Assembly (NCBI GenBank): GCA_964057225.1
Contig: OZ059899.1
Location: 2,604,001-2,668,000, forward strand
Reading direction: 5' to 3'
DNA length: 64,000 bases
DNA from: Auanema rhodensis
Lineage: Eukaryota; Animalia; Nematoda
Each line of letters starts with the position of its first letter. Within the stretch, counting starts at the first letter, position 1. Below the pieces are notes generated by a model. It was not told the origin of the DNA and did not search any database. It worked only from the letters and a program-made list of their open reading frames with translations. Below, piece by piece: positions 38,194 through 51,597 of the stretch. A program made the translations under genes and the position numbers.

Positions 38194-41100
38194 GAGCGTT
38201 TCTCAATGTAGTATAGTGCATTCAATGCGGATTTTTGAGCTGCGTCGATCTGTGTTATCAGATTTGCGCTAGCTTAAAAATGCACCGAGATATCAACTGA
38301 TATAAGTTCACACTTATATCCTCGATTTTCACCCTGAAGAATTATTTTTTTCGTTGAATAACATTGTCCATCGTCTTTGCTTTGAAAAACAGAATCTAAA
38401 AACATCTACTTTTTGCTAAATTATTTTGAAATTTTTCGAAAAAAGTTTTGTCAAAATGTTTTTGGAAGCAATGTTGAGTGTACATGGAAACTCAACATAC
38501 ACTAATGCATCATTTTTCAAACGATCATAACTAATTTTTTTATTAAGCGTTTCTCAATGTAGTATAGTGCATTCGATGCGGATTTTTGAGCTGCGTCGAT
38601 CTGTGTTATCAGATTTGCGCTAGCTTAAAAATGCACCGAGATATCAACTGATATAAGTTCACACTTATATCCTCGATTTTCACCCTGAAGAATTATTTTT
38701 TTCGTTGAATAACATTGTCCATCGTCTTTGCCTTAAAAAACGGAATCTAAAAACATCTACTTTTCGCTAAATTATTTTGAAATTTTTCGAAAAAATTTTT
38801 GTCAAAATGTTTTTGGAAGCAATGTTGAGTGTACATGGAAACTCAACATACACTAATGCATCATTTTTCAAACGATCATAACTAATTTTTGTATTAAGCG
38901 TTTCTCAATGTAGTATAGTGCATTCGATGCGGATTTTTAAGCTGCGTCGATCTGTGTTATCAGATTTGCGCTAGCTTAAAAAAGCACCGAGATATCAACT
39001 GATATAAGTTCACACTTATATCCTCGATTTTCACCCTGAAGAATTATTTTTTTCGTTGAATAACATTGTCCATCGTCTTCGCCTTGAAAAACGGAATCTA
39101 AAAACATCTACTTTTTGCTAAATTATTTTGAAATTTTTCGAAAAAATTTTTGTCAAAATGTTTTTGGAAGCAATGTTGAGTGTACATGGAAACTCAACAT
39201 ACACTAATGCATCATTTTTCAAACGATCATAACTAATTTTTGTATTAAGCGTTTCTCAATGTAGTATAGTGCATTCGATGCGGATTTTTGAGCTGCGTCG
39301 ATCTGTGTTATCAGATTTGCGCTAGCTTAAAAATGCACCGAGATATCAACTGATATAAGTTCACACTTATATCCTCGATTTTCACCCTGAAGAATTATTT
39401 TTTTCGTTGAATAACATTGTCCATCGTCTTTGCCTTGAAAAACGGAATCTAAAAACATCTACTTTTCGCTAAATTATTTTGAAATTTTTCGAAAAAATTT
39501 TTGTCAAAATGTTTTTGGAAGCAATGTTGAGTGTACATGGAAACTCAACATACACTAATGCATCATTTTTCAAACGATCATAACTAATTTTTGTATTAAG
39601 CGTTTCTCAATGTAGTATAGTGCATTCGATGCGGATTTTTAAGCTGCGTCGATCTGTGTTATCAGATTTGCGCTAGCTTAAAAAAGCACCGAGATATCAA
39701 CTGATATAAGTTCACACTTATATCCTCGATTTTCACCCTGAAGAATTATTTTTTTCGTTGAATAACATTGTCCATCGTCTTCGCCTTGAAAAACGGAATC
39801 TAAAAACATCTACTTTTTGCTAAATTATTCTGAAATTTTTCGAAAAAATTTTTGTCAAAATGTTTTTGGAAGCAATGTTGAGTGTACATGGAAACTCAAC
39901 ATACACTAATGCATCATTTTTCAAACGATCATAACTAATTTTTGTATTAAGCGTTTCTCAATGTAGTATAGTGCATTCGATGCGGATTTTTGAGCTGCGT
40001 CGATCTGTGTTATCAGATTTGCGCTAGCTTGAAAATGCACCGAGATATCAACTGATATAAGTTCACACTTATATCCTCGATTTTCACCCTGAAGAATTAA
40101 TTTTTTCGTTGAATAACATTGTCCATCGTCTTTGCCTTGAAAAACGGAATCTAAAAACATCTATTTTTCGCTAAATTATCTTGAAATTTTTCGAAAAAAT
40201 TTTTGTCAAAATGTTTTTGGAAGCAATGTTGAGTGTACATGGAAACTCAACATACACTAATGCATCATTTTTCAAACGATCATAACTAATTTTTGTATTA
40301 AGCGTTTCTCAATGTAGTATAGTGCATTCGATGCGGATTGTTGAGCGGCGTCGATCTGTGTTATCAGATTTGCGCTAGCTTAAAAATGCACCGAGATATC
40401 AACTGATATGAGTTCACACATATATCCTCGATTTTCACCCTGAAGAATTAATTTTTTCGTTGAATAACATTGTCCATCGTCTTTGCCTTGAAAAACGAAA
40501 TCTAAAAACATCTACTTTTCGCTAAATTATCTTGAAATTTTTCGAAAAAATTTTTGTCAAAATGTTTTTGGAAGCAATGTTGAGTGTACATGGAAACTCA
40601 ACATACACTAATGCATCATTTTTCAAACGATCATAACTAATTTTTGTATTAAGCGTTTCTCAATGTAGTATAGTGCATTCGATGCGGATTGTTGAGCTGC
40701 GTCGATCTGTGTTATCAGATTTGCGCTAGCTTAAAAATGCACCGAGATATCAACTGATATGAGTTCACACATATATCCTCGATTTTCACCCTGAAGAATT
40801 AATTTTTTCGTTGAATAACATTGTCCATCGTCTTTGCCTTGAAAAAAGGAATCTAAAAACATCTACTTTTTGCTAAATTATTTTGAAATTTTTCGAAAAA
40901 ATTTTTGTCAAAATGTTTTTGGAAGCAATGTTGAGTGTACATGGAAACTCAACATACACTAATGCATCATTTTTCAAACGATCATAACTAATTTTTGTAT
41001 TAAGCGTTTCTCAATGTAGTATAGTGCATTCGATGCGGATTTTTGAGCTGCGTCGATCTGTGTTATCAGATTTGCGCTAGCTTAAAAATGCACCGAGATA

Positions 41101-44100
41101 TCAACTGATATAAGTTCACACTTATATCCTCGATTTTCACCCTGAAGAATTATTTTTTTCGTTGAATAACATTGTCCATCGTCTTTGCCTTGAAAAACGG
41201 AATCTAAAAACATCTACTTTTCGCTAAATTATTTTGAAATTTTTCGAAAAAATTTTTGTCAAAATGTTTTTGGAAGCAATGTTGAGTGTACATGGAAACT
41301 CAACATACACTAATGCATCATTTTTCAAACGATCATAACTAATTTTTGTATTAAGCGTTTCTCAATGTAGTATAGTGCATTCGATGCGGATTTTTAAGCT
41401 GCGTCGATCTGTGTTATCAGATTTGCGCTAGCTTAAAAAAGCACCGAGATATCAACTGATATAAGTTCACACTTATATCCTCGATTTTCACCCTGAAGAA
41501 TTATTTTTTTCGTTGAATAACATTGTCCATCGTCTTCGCCTTGAAAAACGGAATCTAAAAACATCTACTTTTTGCTAAATTATTCTGAAATTTTTCGAAA
41601 AAATTTTTGTCAAAATGTTTTTGGAAGCAATGTTGAGTGTACATGGAAACTCAACATACACTAATGCATCATTTTTCAAACGATCATAACTAATTTTTGT
41701 ATTAAGCGTTTCTCAATGTAGTATAGTGCATTCGATGCGGATTTTTGAGCTGCGTCGATCTGTGTTATCAGATTTGCGCTAGCTTGAAAATGCACCGAGA
41801 TATCAACTGATATAAGTTCACACTTATATCCTCGATTTTCACCCTGAAGAATTAATTTTTTCGTTGAATAACATTGTCCATCGTCTTTGCCTTGAAAAAC
41901 GGAATCTAAAAACATCTATTTTTCGCTAAATTATCTTGAAATTTTTCGAAAAAATTTTTGTCAAAATGTTTTTGGAAGCAATGTTGAGTGTACATGGAAA
42001 CTCAACATACACTAATGCATCATTTTTCAAACGATCATAACTAATTTTTGTATTAAGCGTTTCTCAATGTAGTATAGTGCATTCGATGCGGATTGTTGAG
42101 CGGCGTCGATCTGTGTTATCAGATTTGCGCTAGCTTAAAAATGCACCGAGATATCAACTGATATGAGTTCACACATATATCCTCGATTTTCACCCTGAAG
42201 AATTAATTTTTTCGTTGAATAACATTGTCCATCGTCTTTGCCTTGAAAAACGAAATCTAAAAACATCTACTTTTCGCTAAATTATCTTGAAATTTTTCGA
42301 AAAAATTTTTGTCAAAATGTTTTTGGAAGCAATGTTGAGTGTACATGGAAACTCAACATACACTAATGCATCATTTTTCAAACGATCATAACTAATTTTT
42401 GTATTAAGCGTTTCTCAATGTAGTATAGTGCATTCGATGCGGATTGTTGAGCTGCGTCGATCTGTGTTATCAGATTTGCGCTAGCTTAAAAATGCACCGA
42501 GATATCAACTGATATGAGTTCACACATATATCCTCGATTTTCACCCTGAAGAATTAATTTTTTCGTTGAATAACATTGTCCATCGTCTTTGCCTTGAAAA
42601 AAGGAATCTAAAAACATCTACTTTTTGCTAAATTATTTTGAAATTTTTCGAAAAAATTTTTGTCAAAATGTTTTTGGAAGCAATGTTGAGTGTACATGGA
42701 AACTCAACATACACTAATGCATCATTTTTCAAACGATCATAACTAATTTTTGTATTAAGCGTTTCTCAATGTAGTATAGTGCATTCGATGCGGATTTTTA
42801 AGCTGCGTCGATCTGTGTTATCAGATTTGCGCTAGCTTAAAAATGCACCAAGATATCAACTGATATAAGTTCACACTTATATCCTCGATTTTCACCCTGA
42901 AGAATTATTTTTTTCGTTGAATAACGTTGTCCATCGTCTTCGCCTTGAAAAAAGGAATCTAAAAACATCTACTTTTTGCTAAATTATTTTGAAATTTTTC
43001 GAAAAAATTTTTGTCAAAATGTTTTTGGAAGCAATGTTGAGTGTACATGGAAACTCAACATACACTAATGCATCATTTTTCAAACGATCATAACTAATTT
43101 TTGTATTGAGCGTTTCTCAATGTAGTATAGTGCATTCAATGCGGATTTTTGAGCTGCGTCGATCTGTGTTATCAGATTTGCGCTAGCTTAAAAATGCACC
43201 GAGATATCAACTGATATAAGTTCACACTTATATCCTCGATTTTCACCCTGAAGAATTATTTTTTTCGTTGAATAACATTGTCCATCGTCTTTGCTTTGAA
43301 AAACAGAATCTAAAAACATCTACTTTTTGCTAAATTATTTTGAAATTTTTCGAAAAAAGTTTTGTCAAAATGTTTTTGGAAGCAATGTTGAGTGTACATG
43401 GAAACTCAACATACACTAATGCATCATTTTTCAAACGATCATAACTAATTTTTGTATTAAGCGTTTCTCAATGTAGTATAGTGCATTCGATGCGGATTTT
43501 TGAGCTGCGTCGATCTGTGTTATCAGATTTGCGCTAGCTTAAAAATGCACCGAGATATCAACTGATATAAGTTCACACTTATATCCTCGATTTTCACCCT
43601 GAAGAATTATTTTTTTCGTTGAATAACATTGTCCATCGTCTTTGCCTTAAAAAACGGAATCTAAAAACATCTACTTTTCGCTAAATTATTTTGAAATTTT
43701 TCGAAAAAATTTTTGTCAAAATGTTTTTGGAAGCAATGTTGAGTGTACATGGAAACTCAACATACACTAATGCATCATTTTTCAAACGATCATAACTAAT
43801 TTTTGTATTAAGCGTTTCTCAATGTAGTATAGTGCATTCGATGCGGATTTTTAAGCTGCGTCGATCTGTGTTATCAGATTTGCGCTAGCTTAAAAATGCA
43901 CCGAGATATCAACTGATATAAGTTCACACTTATATCCTCGATTTTCACCCTGAAGAATTATTTTTTTCGTTGAATAACATTGTCCATCGTCTTTGCCTTA
44001 AAAAACGGAATCTAAAAACATCTACTTTTCGCTAAATTATTTTGAAATTTTTCGAAAAAATTTTTGTCAAAATGTTTTTGGAAGCAATGTTGAGTGTACA

Positions 44101-47100
44101 TGGAAACTCAACATACACTAATGCATCATTTTTCAAACGATCATAACTAATTTTTGTATTAAGCGTTTCTCAATGTAGTATAGTGCATTCGATGCGGATT
44201 TTTAAGCTGCGTCGATCTGTGTTATCAGATTTGCGCTAGCTTAAAAAAGCACCGAGATATCAACTGATATAAGTTCACACTTATATCCTCGATTTTCACC
44301 CTGAAGAATTATTTTTTTCGTTGAATAACATTGTCCATCGTCTTCGCCTTGAAAAACGGAATCTAAAAACATCTACTTTTTGCTAAATTATTTTGAAATT
44401 TTTCGAAAAAATTTTTGTCAAAATGTTTTTGGAAGCAATGTTGAGTGTACATGGAAACTCAACATACACTAATGCATCATTTTTCAAACGATCATAACTA
44501 ATTTTTGTATTAAGCGTTTCTCAATGTAGTATAGTGCATTCGATGCGGATTTTTGAGCTGCGTCGATCTGTGTTATCAGATTTGCGCTAGCTTAAAAATG
44601 CACCGAGATATCAACTGATATAAGTTCACACTTATATCCTCGATTTTCACCCTGAAGAATTATTTTTTTCGTTGAATAACATTGTCCATCGTCTTTGCCT
44701 TGAAAAACGGAATCTAAAAACATCTACTTTTCGCTAAATTATTTTGAAATTTTTCGAAAAAATTTTTGTCAAAATGTTTTTGGAAGCAATGTTGAGTGTA
44801 CATGGAAACTCAACATACACTAATGCATCATTTTTCAAACGATCATAACTAATTTTTGTATTAAGCGTTTCTCAATGTAGTATAGTGCATTCGATGCGGA
44901 TTTTTAAGCTGCGTCGATCTGTGTTATCAGATTTGCGCTAGCTTAAAAAAGCACCGAGATATCAACTGATATAAGTTCACACTTATATCCTCGATTTTCA
45001 CCCTGAAGAATTATTTTTTTCGTTGAATAACATTGTCCATCGTCTTCGCCTTGAAAAACGGAATCTAAAAACATCTACTTTTTGCTAAATTATTCTGAAA
45101 TTTTTCGAAAAAATTTTTGTCAAAATGTTTTTGGAAGCAATGTTGAGTGTACATGGAAACTCAACATACACTAATGCATCATTTTTCAAACGATCATAAC
45201 TAATTTTTGTATTAAGCGTTTCTCAATGTAGTATAGTGCATTCGATGCGGATTTTTGAGCTGCGTCGATCTGTGTTATCAGATTTGCGCTAGCTTGAAAA
45301 TGCACCGAGATATCAACTGATATAAGTTCACACTTATATCCTCGATTTTCACCCTGAAGAATTAATTTTTTCGTTGAATAACATTGTCCATCGTCTTTGC
45401 CTTGAAAAACGGAATCTAAAAACATCTATTTTTCGCTAAATTATCTTGAAATTTTTCGAAAAAATTTTTGTCAAAATGTTTTTGGAAGCAATGTTGAGTG
45501 TACATGGAAACTCAACATACACTAATGCATCATTTTTCAAACGATCATAACTAATTTTTGTATTAAGCGTTTCTCAATGTAGTATAGTGCATTCGATGCG
45601 GATTGTTGAGCGGCGTCGATCTGTGTTATCAGATTTGCGCTAGCTTAAAAATGCACCGAGATATCAACTGATATGAGTTCACACATATATCCTCGATTTT
45701 CACCCTGAAGAATTAATTTTTTCGTTGAATAACATTGTCCATCGTCTTTGCCTTGAAAAACGAAATCTAAAAACATCTACTTTTCGCTAAATTATCTTGA
45801 AATTTTTCGAAAAAATTTTTGTCAAAATGTTTTTGGAAGCAATGTTGAGTGTACATGGAAACTCAACATACACTAATGCATCATTTTTCAAACGATCATA
45901 ACTAATTTTTGTATTAAGCGTTTCTCAATGTAGTATAGTGCATTCGATGCGGATTGTTGAGCTGCGTCGATCTGTGTTATCAGATTTGCGCTAGCTTAAA
46001 AATGCACCGAGATATCAACTGATATGAGTTCACACATATATCCTCGATTTTCACCCTGAAGAATTAATTTTTTCGTTGAATAACATTGTCCATCGTCTTT
46101 GCCTTGAAAAAAGGAATCTAAAAACATCTACTTTTTGCTAAATTATTTTGAAATTTTTCGAAAAAATTTTTGTCAAAATGTTTTTGGAAGCAATGTTGAG
46201 TGTACATGGAAACTCAACATACACTAATGCATCATTTTTCAAACGATCATAACTAATTTTTGTATTAAGCGTTTCTCAATGTAGTATAGTGCATTCGATG
46301 CGGATTTTTAAGCTGCGTCGATCTGTGTTATCAGATTTGCGCTAGCTTAAAAAAGCACCGAGATATCAACTGATATAAGTTCACACTTATATCCTCGATT
46401 TTCACCCTGAAGAATTATTTTTTTCGTTGAATAACATTGTCCATCGTCTTCGCCTTGAAAAACGGAATCTAAAAACATCTACTTTTTGCTAAATTATTTT
46501 GAAATTTTTCGAAAAAATTTTTGTCAAAATGTTTTTGGAAGCAATGTTGAGTGTACATGGAAACTCAACATACACTAATGCATCATTTTTCAAACGATCA
46601 TAACTAATTTTTGTATTAAGCGTTTCTCAATGTAGTATAGTGCATTCGATGCGGATTTTTGAGCTGCGTCGATCTGTGTTATCAGATTTGCGCTAGCTTG
46701 AAAATGCACCGAGATATCAACTGATATAAGTTCACACTTATATCCTCGATTTTCACCCTGAAGAATTAATTTTTTCGTTGAATAACATTGTCCATCGTCT
46801 TCGCCTTGAAAAACGGAATCTAAAAACATCTACTTTTTGCTAAATTATTTTGAAATTTTTCGAAAAAATTTTTGTCAAAATGTTTTTGGAAGCAATGTTG
46901 AGTGTACATGGAAACTCAACATACACTAATGCATCATTTTTCAAACGATCATAACTAATTTTTGTATTAAGCGTTTCTCAATGTAGTATAGTGCATTCGA
47001 TGCGGATTTTTGAGCTGCGTCGATCTGTGTTATCAGATTTGCGCTAGCTTAAAAAAGCACCGAGATATCAACTGATATAAGTTCACACTTATATCCTCGA

Positions 47101-50100
47101 TTTTCACCCTGAAGAATTAATTTTTTCGTTGAATAACATTGTCCATCGTCTTTGCCTTGAAAAACGGAATCTAAAAACATCTACTTTTCGCTAAATTATC
47201 TTGAAATTTTTCGAAAAAATTTTTGTCAAAATGTTTTTGGAAGCAATGTTGAGTGTACATGGAAACTCAACATACACTAATGCATCATTTTTCAAACGAT
47301 CATAACTAATTTTTGTATTAAGCGTTTCTCAATGTAGTATAGTGCATTCGATGCGGATTGTTGAGCTGCGTCGATCTGTGTTATCAGATTTGCGCTAGCT
47401 TAAAAATGCACCGAGATATCAACTGATATGAGTTCACACATATATCCTCGATTTTCACCCTGAAGAATTAATTTTTTCGTTGAATAACATTATCCATCGT
47501 CTTTGCCTTGAAAAAAGGAATCTAAAAACATCTACTTTTTGCTAAATTATTTTGAAATTTTTCGAAAAAATTTTTGTCAAAATGTTTTTGGAAGCAATGT
47601 TGAGTGTACATGGAAACTCAACATACACTAATGCATCATTTTTCAAACGATCATAACTAATTTTTGTATTAAGCGTTTCTCAATGTAGTATAGTGCATTC
47701 GATGCGGATTTTTAAGCTGCGTCGATCTGTGTTATCAGATTTGCGCTAGCTTAAAAATGCACCAAGATATCAACTGATATAAGTTCACACTTATATCCTC
47801 GATTTTCACCCTGAAGAATTATTTTTTTCGTTGAATAACGTTGTCCATCGTCTTCGCCTTGAAAAAAGGAATCTAAAAACATCTACTTTTTGCTAAATTA
47901 TTTTGAAATTTTTCGAAAAAATTTTTGTCAAAATGTTTTTGGAAGCAATGTTGAGTGTACATGGAAACTCAACATACACTAATGCATCATTTTTCAAACG
48001 ATCATAACTAATTTTTGTATTGAGCGTTTCTCAATGTAGTATAGTGCATTCAATGCGGATTTTTGAGCTGCGTCGATCTGTGTTATCAGATTTGCGCTAG
48101 CTTAAAAATGCACCGAGATATCAACTGATATAAGTTCACACTTATATCCTCGATTTTCACCCTGAAGAATTATTTTTTTCGTTGAATAACATTGTCCATC
48201 GTCTTTGCTTTGAAAAACAGAATCTAAAAACATCTACTTTTTGCTAAATTATTTTGAAATTTTTCGAAAAAAGTTTTGTCAAAATGTTTTTGGAAGCAAT
48301 GTTGAGTGTACATGGAAACTCAACATACACTAATGCATCATTTTTCAAACGATCATAACTAATTTTTGTATTAAGCGTTTCTCAATGTAGTATAGTGCAT
48401 TCGATGCGGATTTTTGAGCTGCGTCGATCTGTGTTATCAGATTTGCGCTAGCTTAAAAATGCACCGAGATATCAACTGATATAAGTTCACACTTATATCC
48501 TCGATTTTCACCCTGAAGAATTATTTTTTTCGTTGAATAACATTGTCCATCGTCTTTGCCTTAAAAAACGGAATCTAAAAACATCTACTTTTCGCTAAAT
48601 TATTTTGAAATTTTTCGAAAAAATTTTTGTCAAAATGTTTTTGGAAGCAATGTTGAGTGTACATGGAAACTCAACATACACTAATGCATCATTTTTCAAA
48701 CGATCATAACTAATTTTTGTATTAAGCGTTTCTCAATGTAGTATAGTGCATTCGATGCGGATTTTTAAGCTGCGTCGATCTGTGTTATCAGATTTGCGCT
48801 AGCTTAAAAAAGCACCGAGATATCAACTGATATAAGTTCACACTTATATCCTCGATTTTCACCCTGAAGAATTATTTTTTTCGTTGAATAACATTGTCCA
48901 TCGTCTTCGCCTTGAAAAACGGAATCTAAAAACATCTACTTTTTGCTAAATTATTTTGAAATTTTTCGAAAAAATTTTTGTCAAAATGTTTTTGGAAGCA
49001 ATGTTGAGTGTACATGGAAACTCAACATACACTAATGCATCATTTTTCAAACGATCATAACTAATTTTTGTATTAAGCGTTTCTCAATGTAGTATAGTGC
49101 ATTCGATGCGGATTTTTGAGCTGCGTCGATCTGTGTTATCAGATTTGCGCTAGCTTAAAAATGCACCGAGATATCAACTGATATAAGTTCACACTTATAT
49201 CCTCGATTTTCACCCTGAAGAATTATTTTTTTCGTTGAATAACATTGTCCATCGTCTTTGCCTTGAAAAACGGAATCTAAAAACATCTACTTTTCGCTAA
49301 ATTATTTTGAAATTTTTCGAAAAAATTTTTGTCAAAATGTTTTTGGAAGCAATGTTGAGTGTACATGGAAACTCAACATACACTAATGCATCATTTTTCA
49401 AACGATCATAACTAATTTTTGTATTAAGCGTTTCTCAATGTAGTATAGTGCATTCGATGCGGATTTTTAAGCTGCGTCGATCTGTGTTATCAGATTTGCG
49501 CTAGCTTAAAAAAGCACCGAGATATCAACTGATATAAGTTCACACTTATATCCTCGATTTTCACCCTGAAGAATTATTTTTTTCGTTGAATAACATTGTC
49601 CATCGTCTTCGCCTTGAAAAACGGAATCTAAAAACATCTACTTTTTGCTAAATTATTCTGAAATTTTTCGAAAAAATTTTTGTCAAAATGTTTTTGGAAG
49701 CAATGTTGAGTGTACATGGAAACTCAACATACACTAATGCATCATTTTTCAAACGATCATAACTAATTTTTGTATTAAGCGTTTCTCAATGTAGTATAGT
49801 GCATTCGATGCGGATTTTTGAGCTGCGTCGATCTGTGTTATCAGATTTGCGCTAGCTTGAAAATGCACCGAGATATCAACTGATATAAGTTCACACTTAT
49901 ATCCTCGATTTTCACCCTGAAGAATTAATTTTTTCGTTGAATAACATTGTCCATCGTCTTTGCCTTGAAAAACGGAATCTAAAAACATCTATTTTTCGCT
50001 AAATTATCTTGAAATTTTTCGAAAAAATTTTTGTCAAAATGTTTTTGGAAGCAATGTTGAGTGTACATGGAAACTCAACATACACTAATGCATCATTTTT

Positions 50101-51597
50101 CAAACGATCATAACTAATTTTTGTATTAAGCGTTTCTCAATGTAGTATAGTGCATTCGATGCGGATTGTTGAGCGGCGTCGATCTGTGTTATCAGATTTG
50201 CGCTAGCTTAAAAATGCACCGAGATATCAACTGATATGAGTTCACACATATATCCTCGATTTTCACCCTGAAGAATTAATTTTTTCGTTGAATAACATTG
50301 TCCATCGTCTTTGCCTTGAAAAACGAAATCTAAAAACATCTACTTTTCGCTAAATTATCTTGAAATTTTTCGAAAAAATTTTTGTCAAAATGTTTTTGGA
50401 AGCAATGTTGAGTGTACATGGAAACTCAACATACACTAATGCATCATTTTTCAAACGATCATAACTAATTTTTGTATTAAGCGTTTCTCAATGTAGTATA
50501 GTGCATTCGATGCGGATTGTTGAGCTGCGTCGATCTGTGTTATCAGATTTGCGCTAGCTTAAAAATGCACCGAGATATCAACTGATATGAGTTCACACAT
50601 ATATCCTCGATTTTCACCCTGAAGAATTAATTTTTTCGTTGAATAACATTGTCCATCGTCTTTGCCTTGAAAAAAGGAATCTAAAAACATCTACTTTTTG
50701 CTAAATTATTTTGAAATTTTTCGAAAAAATTTTTGTCAAAATGTTTTTGGAAGCAATGTTGAGTGTACATGGAAACTCAACATACACTAATGCATCATTT
50801 TTCAAACGATCATAACTAATTTTTGTATTAAGCGTTTCTCAATGTAGTATAGTGCATTCGATGCGGATTTTTAAGCTGCGTCGATCTGTGTTATCAGATT
50901 TGCGCTAGCTTAAAAAAGCACCGAGATATCAACTGATATAAGTTCACACTTATATCCTCGATTTTCACCCTGAAGAATTATTTTTTTCGTTGAATAACAT
51001 TGTCCATCGTCTTCGCCTTGAAAAACGGAATCTAAAAACATCTACTTTTTGCTAAATTATTTTGAAATTTTTCGAAAAAATTTTTGTCAAAATGTTTTTG
51101 GAAGCAATGTTGAGTGTACATGGAAACTCAACATACACTAATGCATCATTTTTCAAACGATCATAACTAATTTTTGTATTAAGCGTTTCTCAATGTAGTA
51201 TAGTGCATTCGATGCGGATTTTTGAGCTGCGTCGATCTGTGTTATCAGATTTGCGCTAGCTTGAAAATGCACCGAGATATCAACTGATATAAGTTCACAC
51301 TTATATCCTCGATTTTCACCCTGAAGAATTAATTTTTTCGTTGAATAACATTGTCCATCGTCTTCGCCTTGAAAAACGGAATCTAAAAACATCTACTTTT
51401 TGCTAAATTATTTTGAAATTTTTCGAAAAAATTTTTGTCAAAATGTTTTTGGAAGCAATGTTGAGTGTACATGGAAACTCAACATACACTAATGCATCAT
51501 TTTTCAAACGATCATAACTAATTTTTGTATTAAGCGTTTCTCAATGTAGTATAGTGCATTCGATGCGGATTTTTGAGCTGCGTCGATCTGTGTTATC
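37909..51597. repeat. Three related long units (13-14 monomer offsets) with a nested 5-monomer duplication
   Basis: G186 at 38445, 43359 and 48273 (4914 apart). G333 at 40347, 42102, 45612 and 50175 (offsets 1755, 3510, 4563). ORFs 45186/49749 and 46590/51153 are 4563 apart. Confidence 0.82.
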
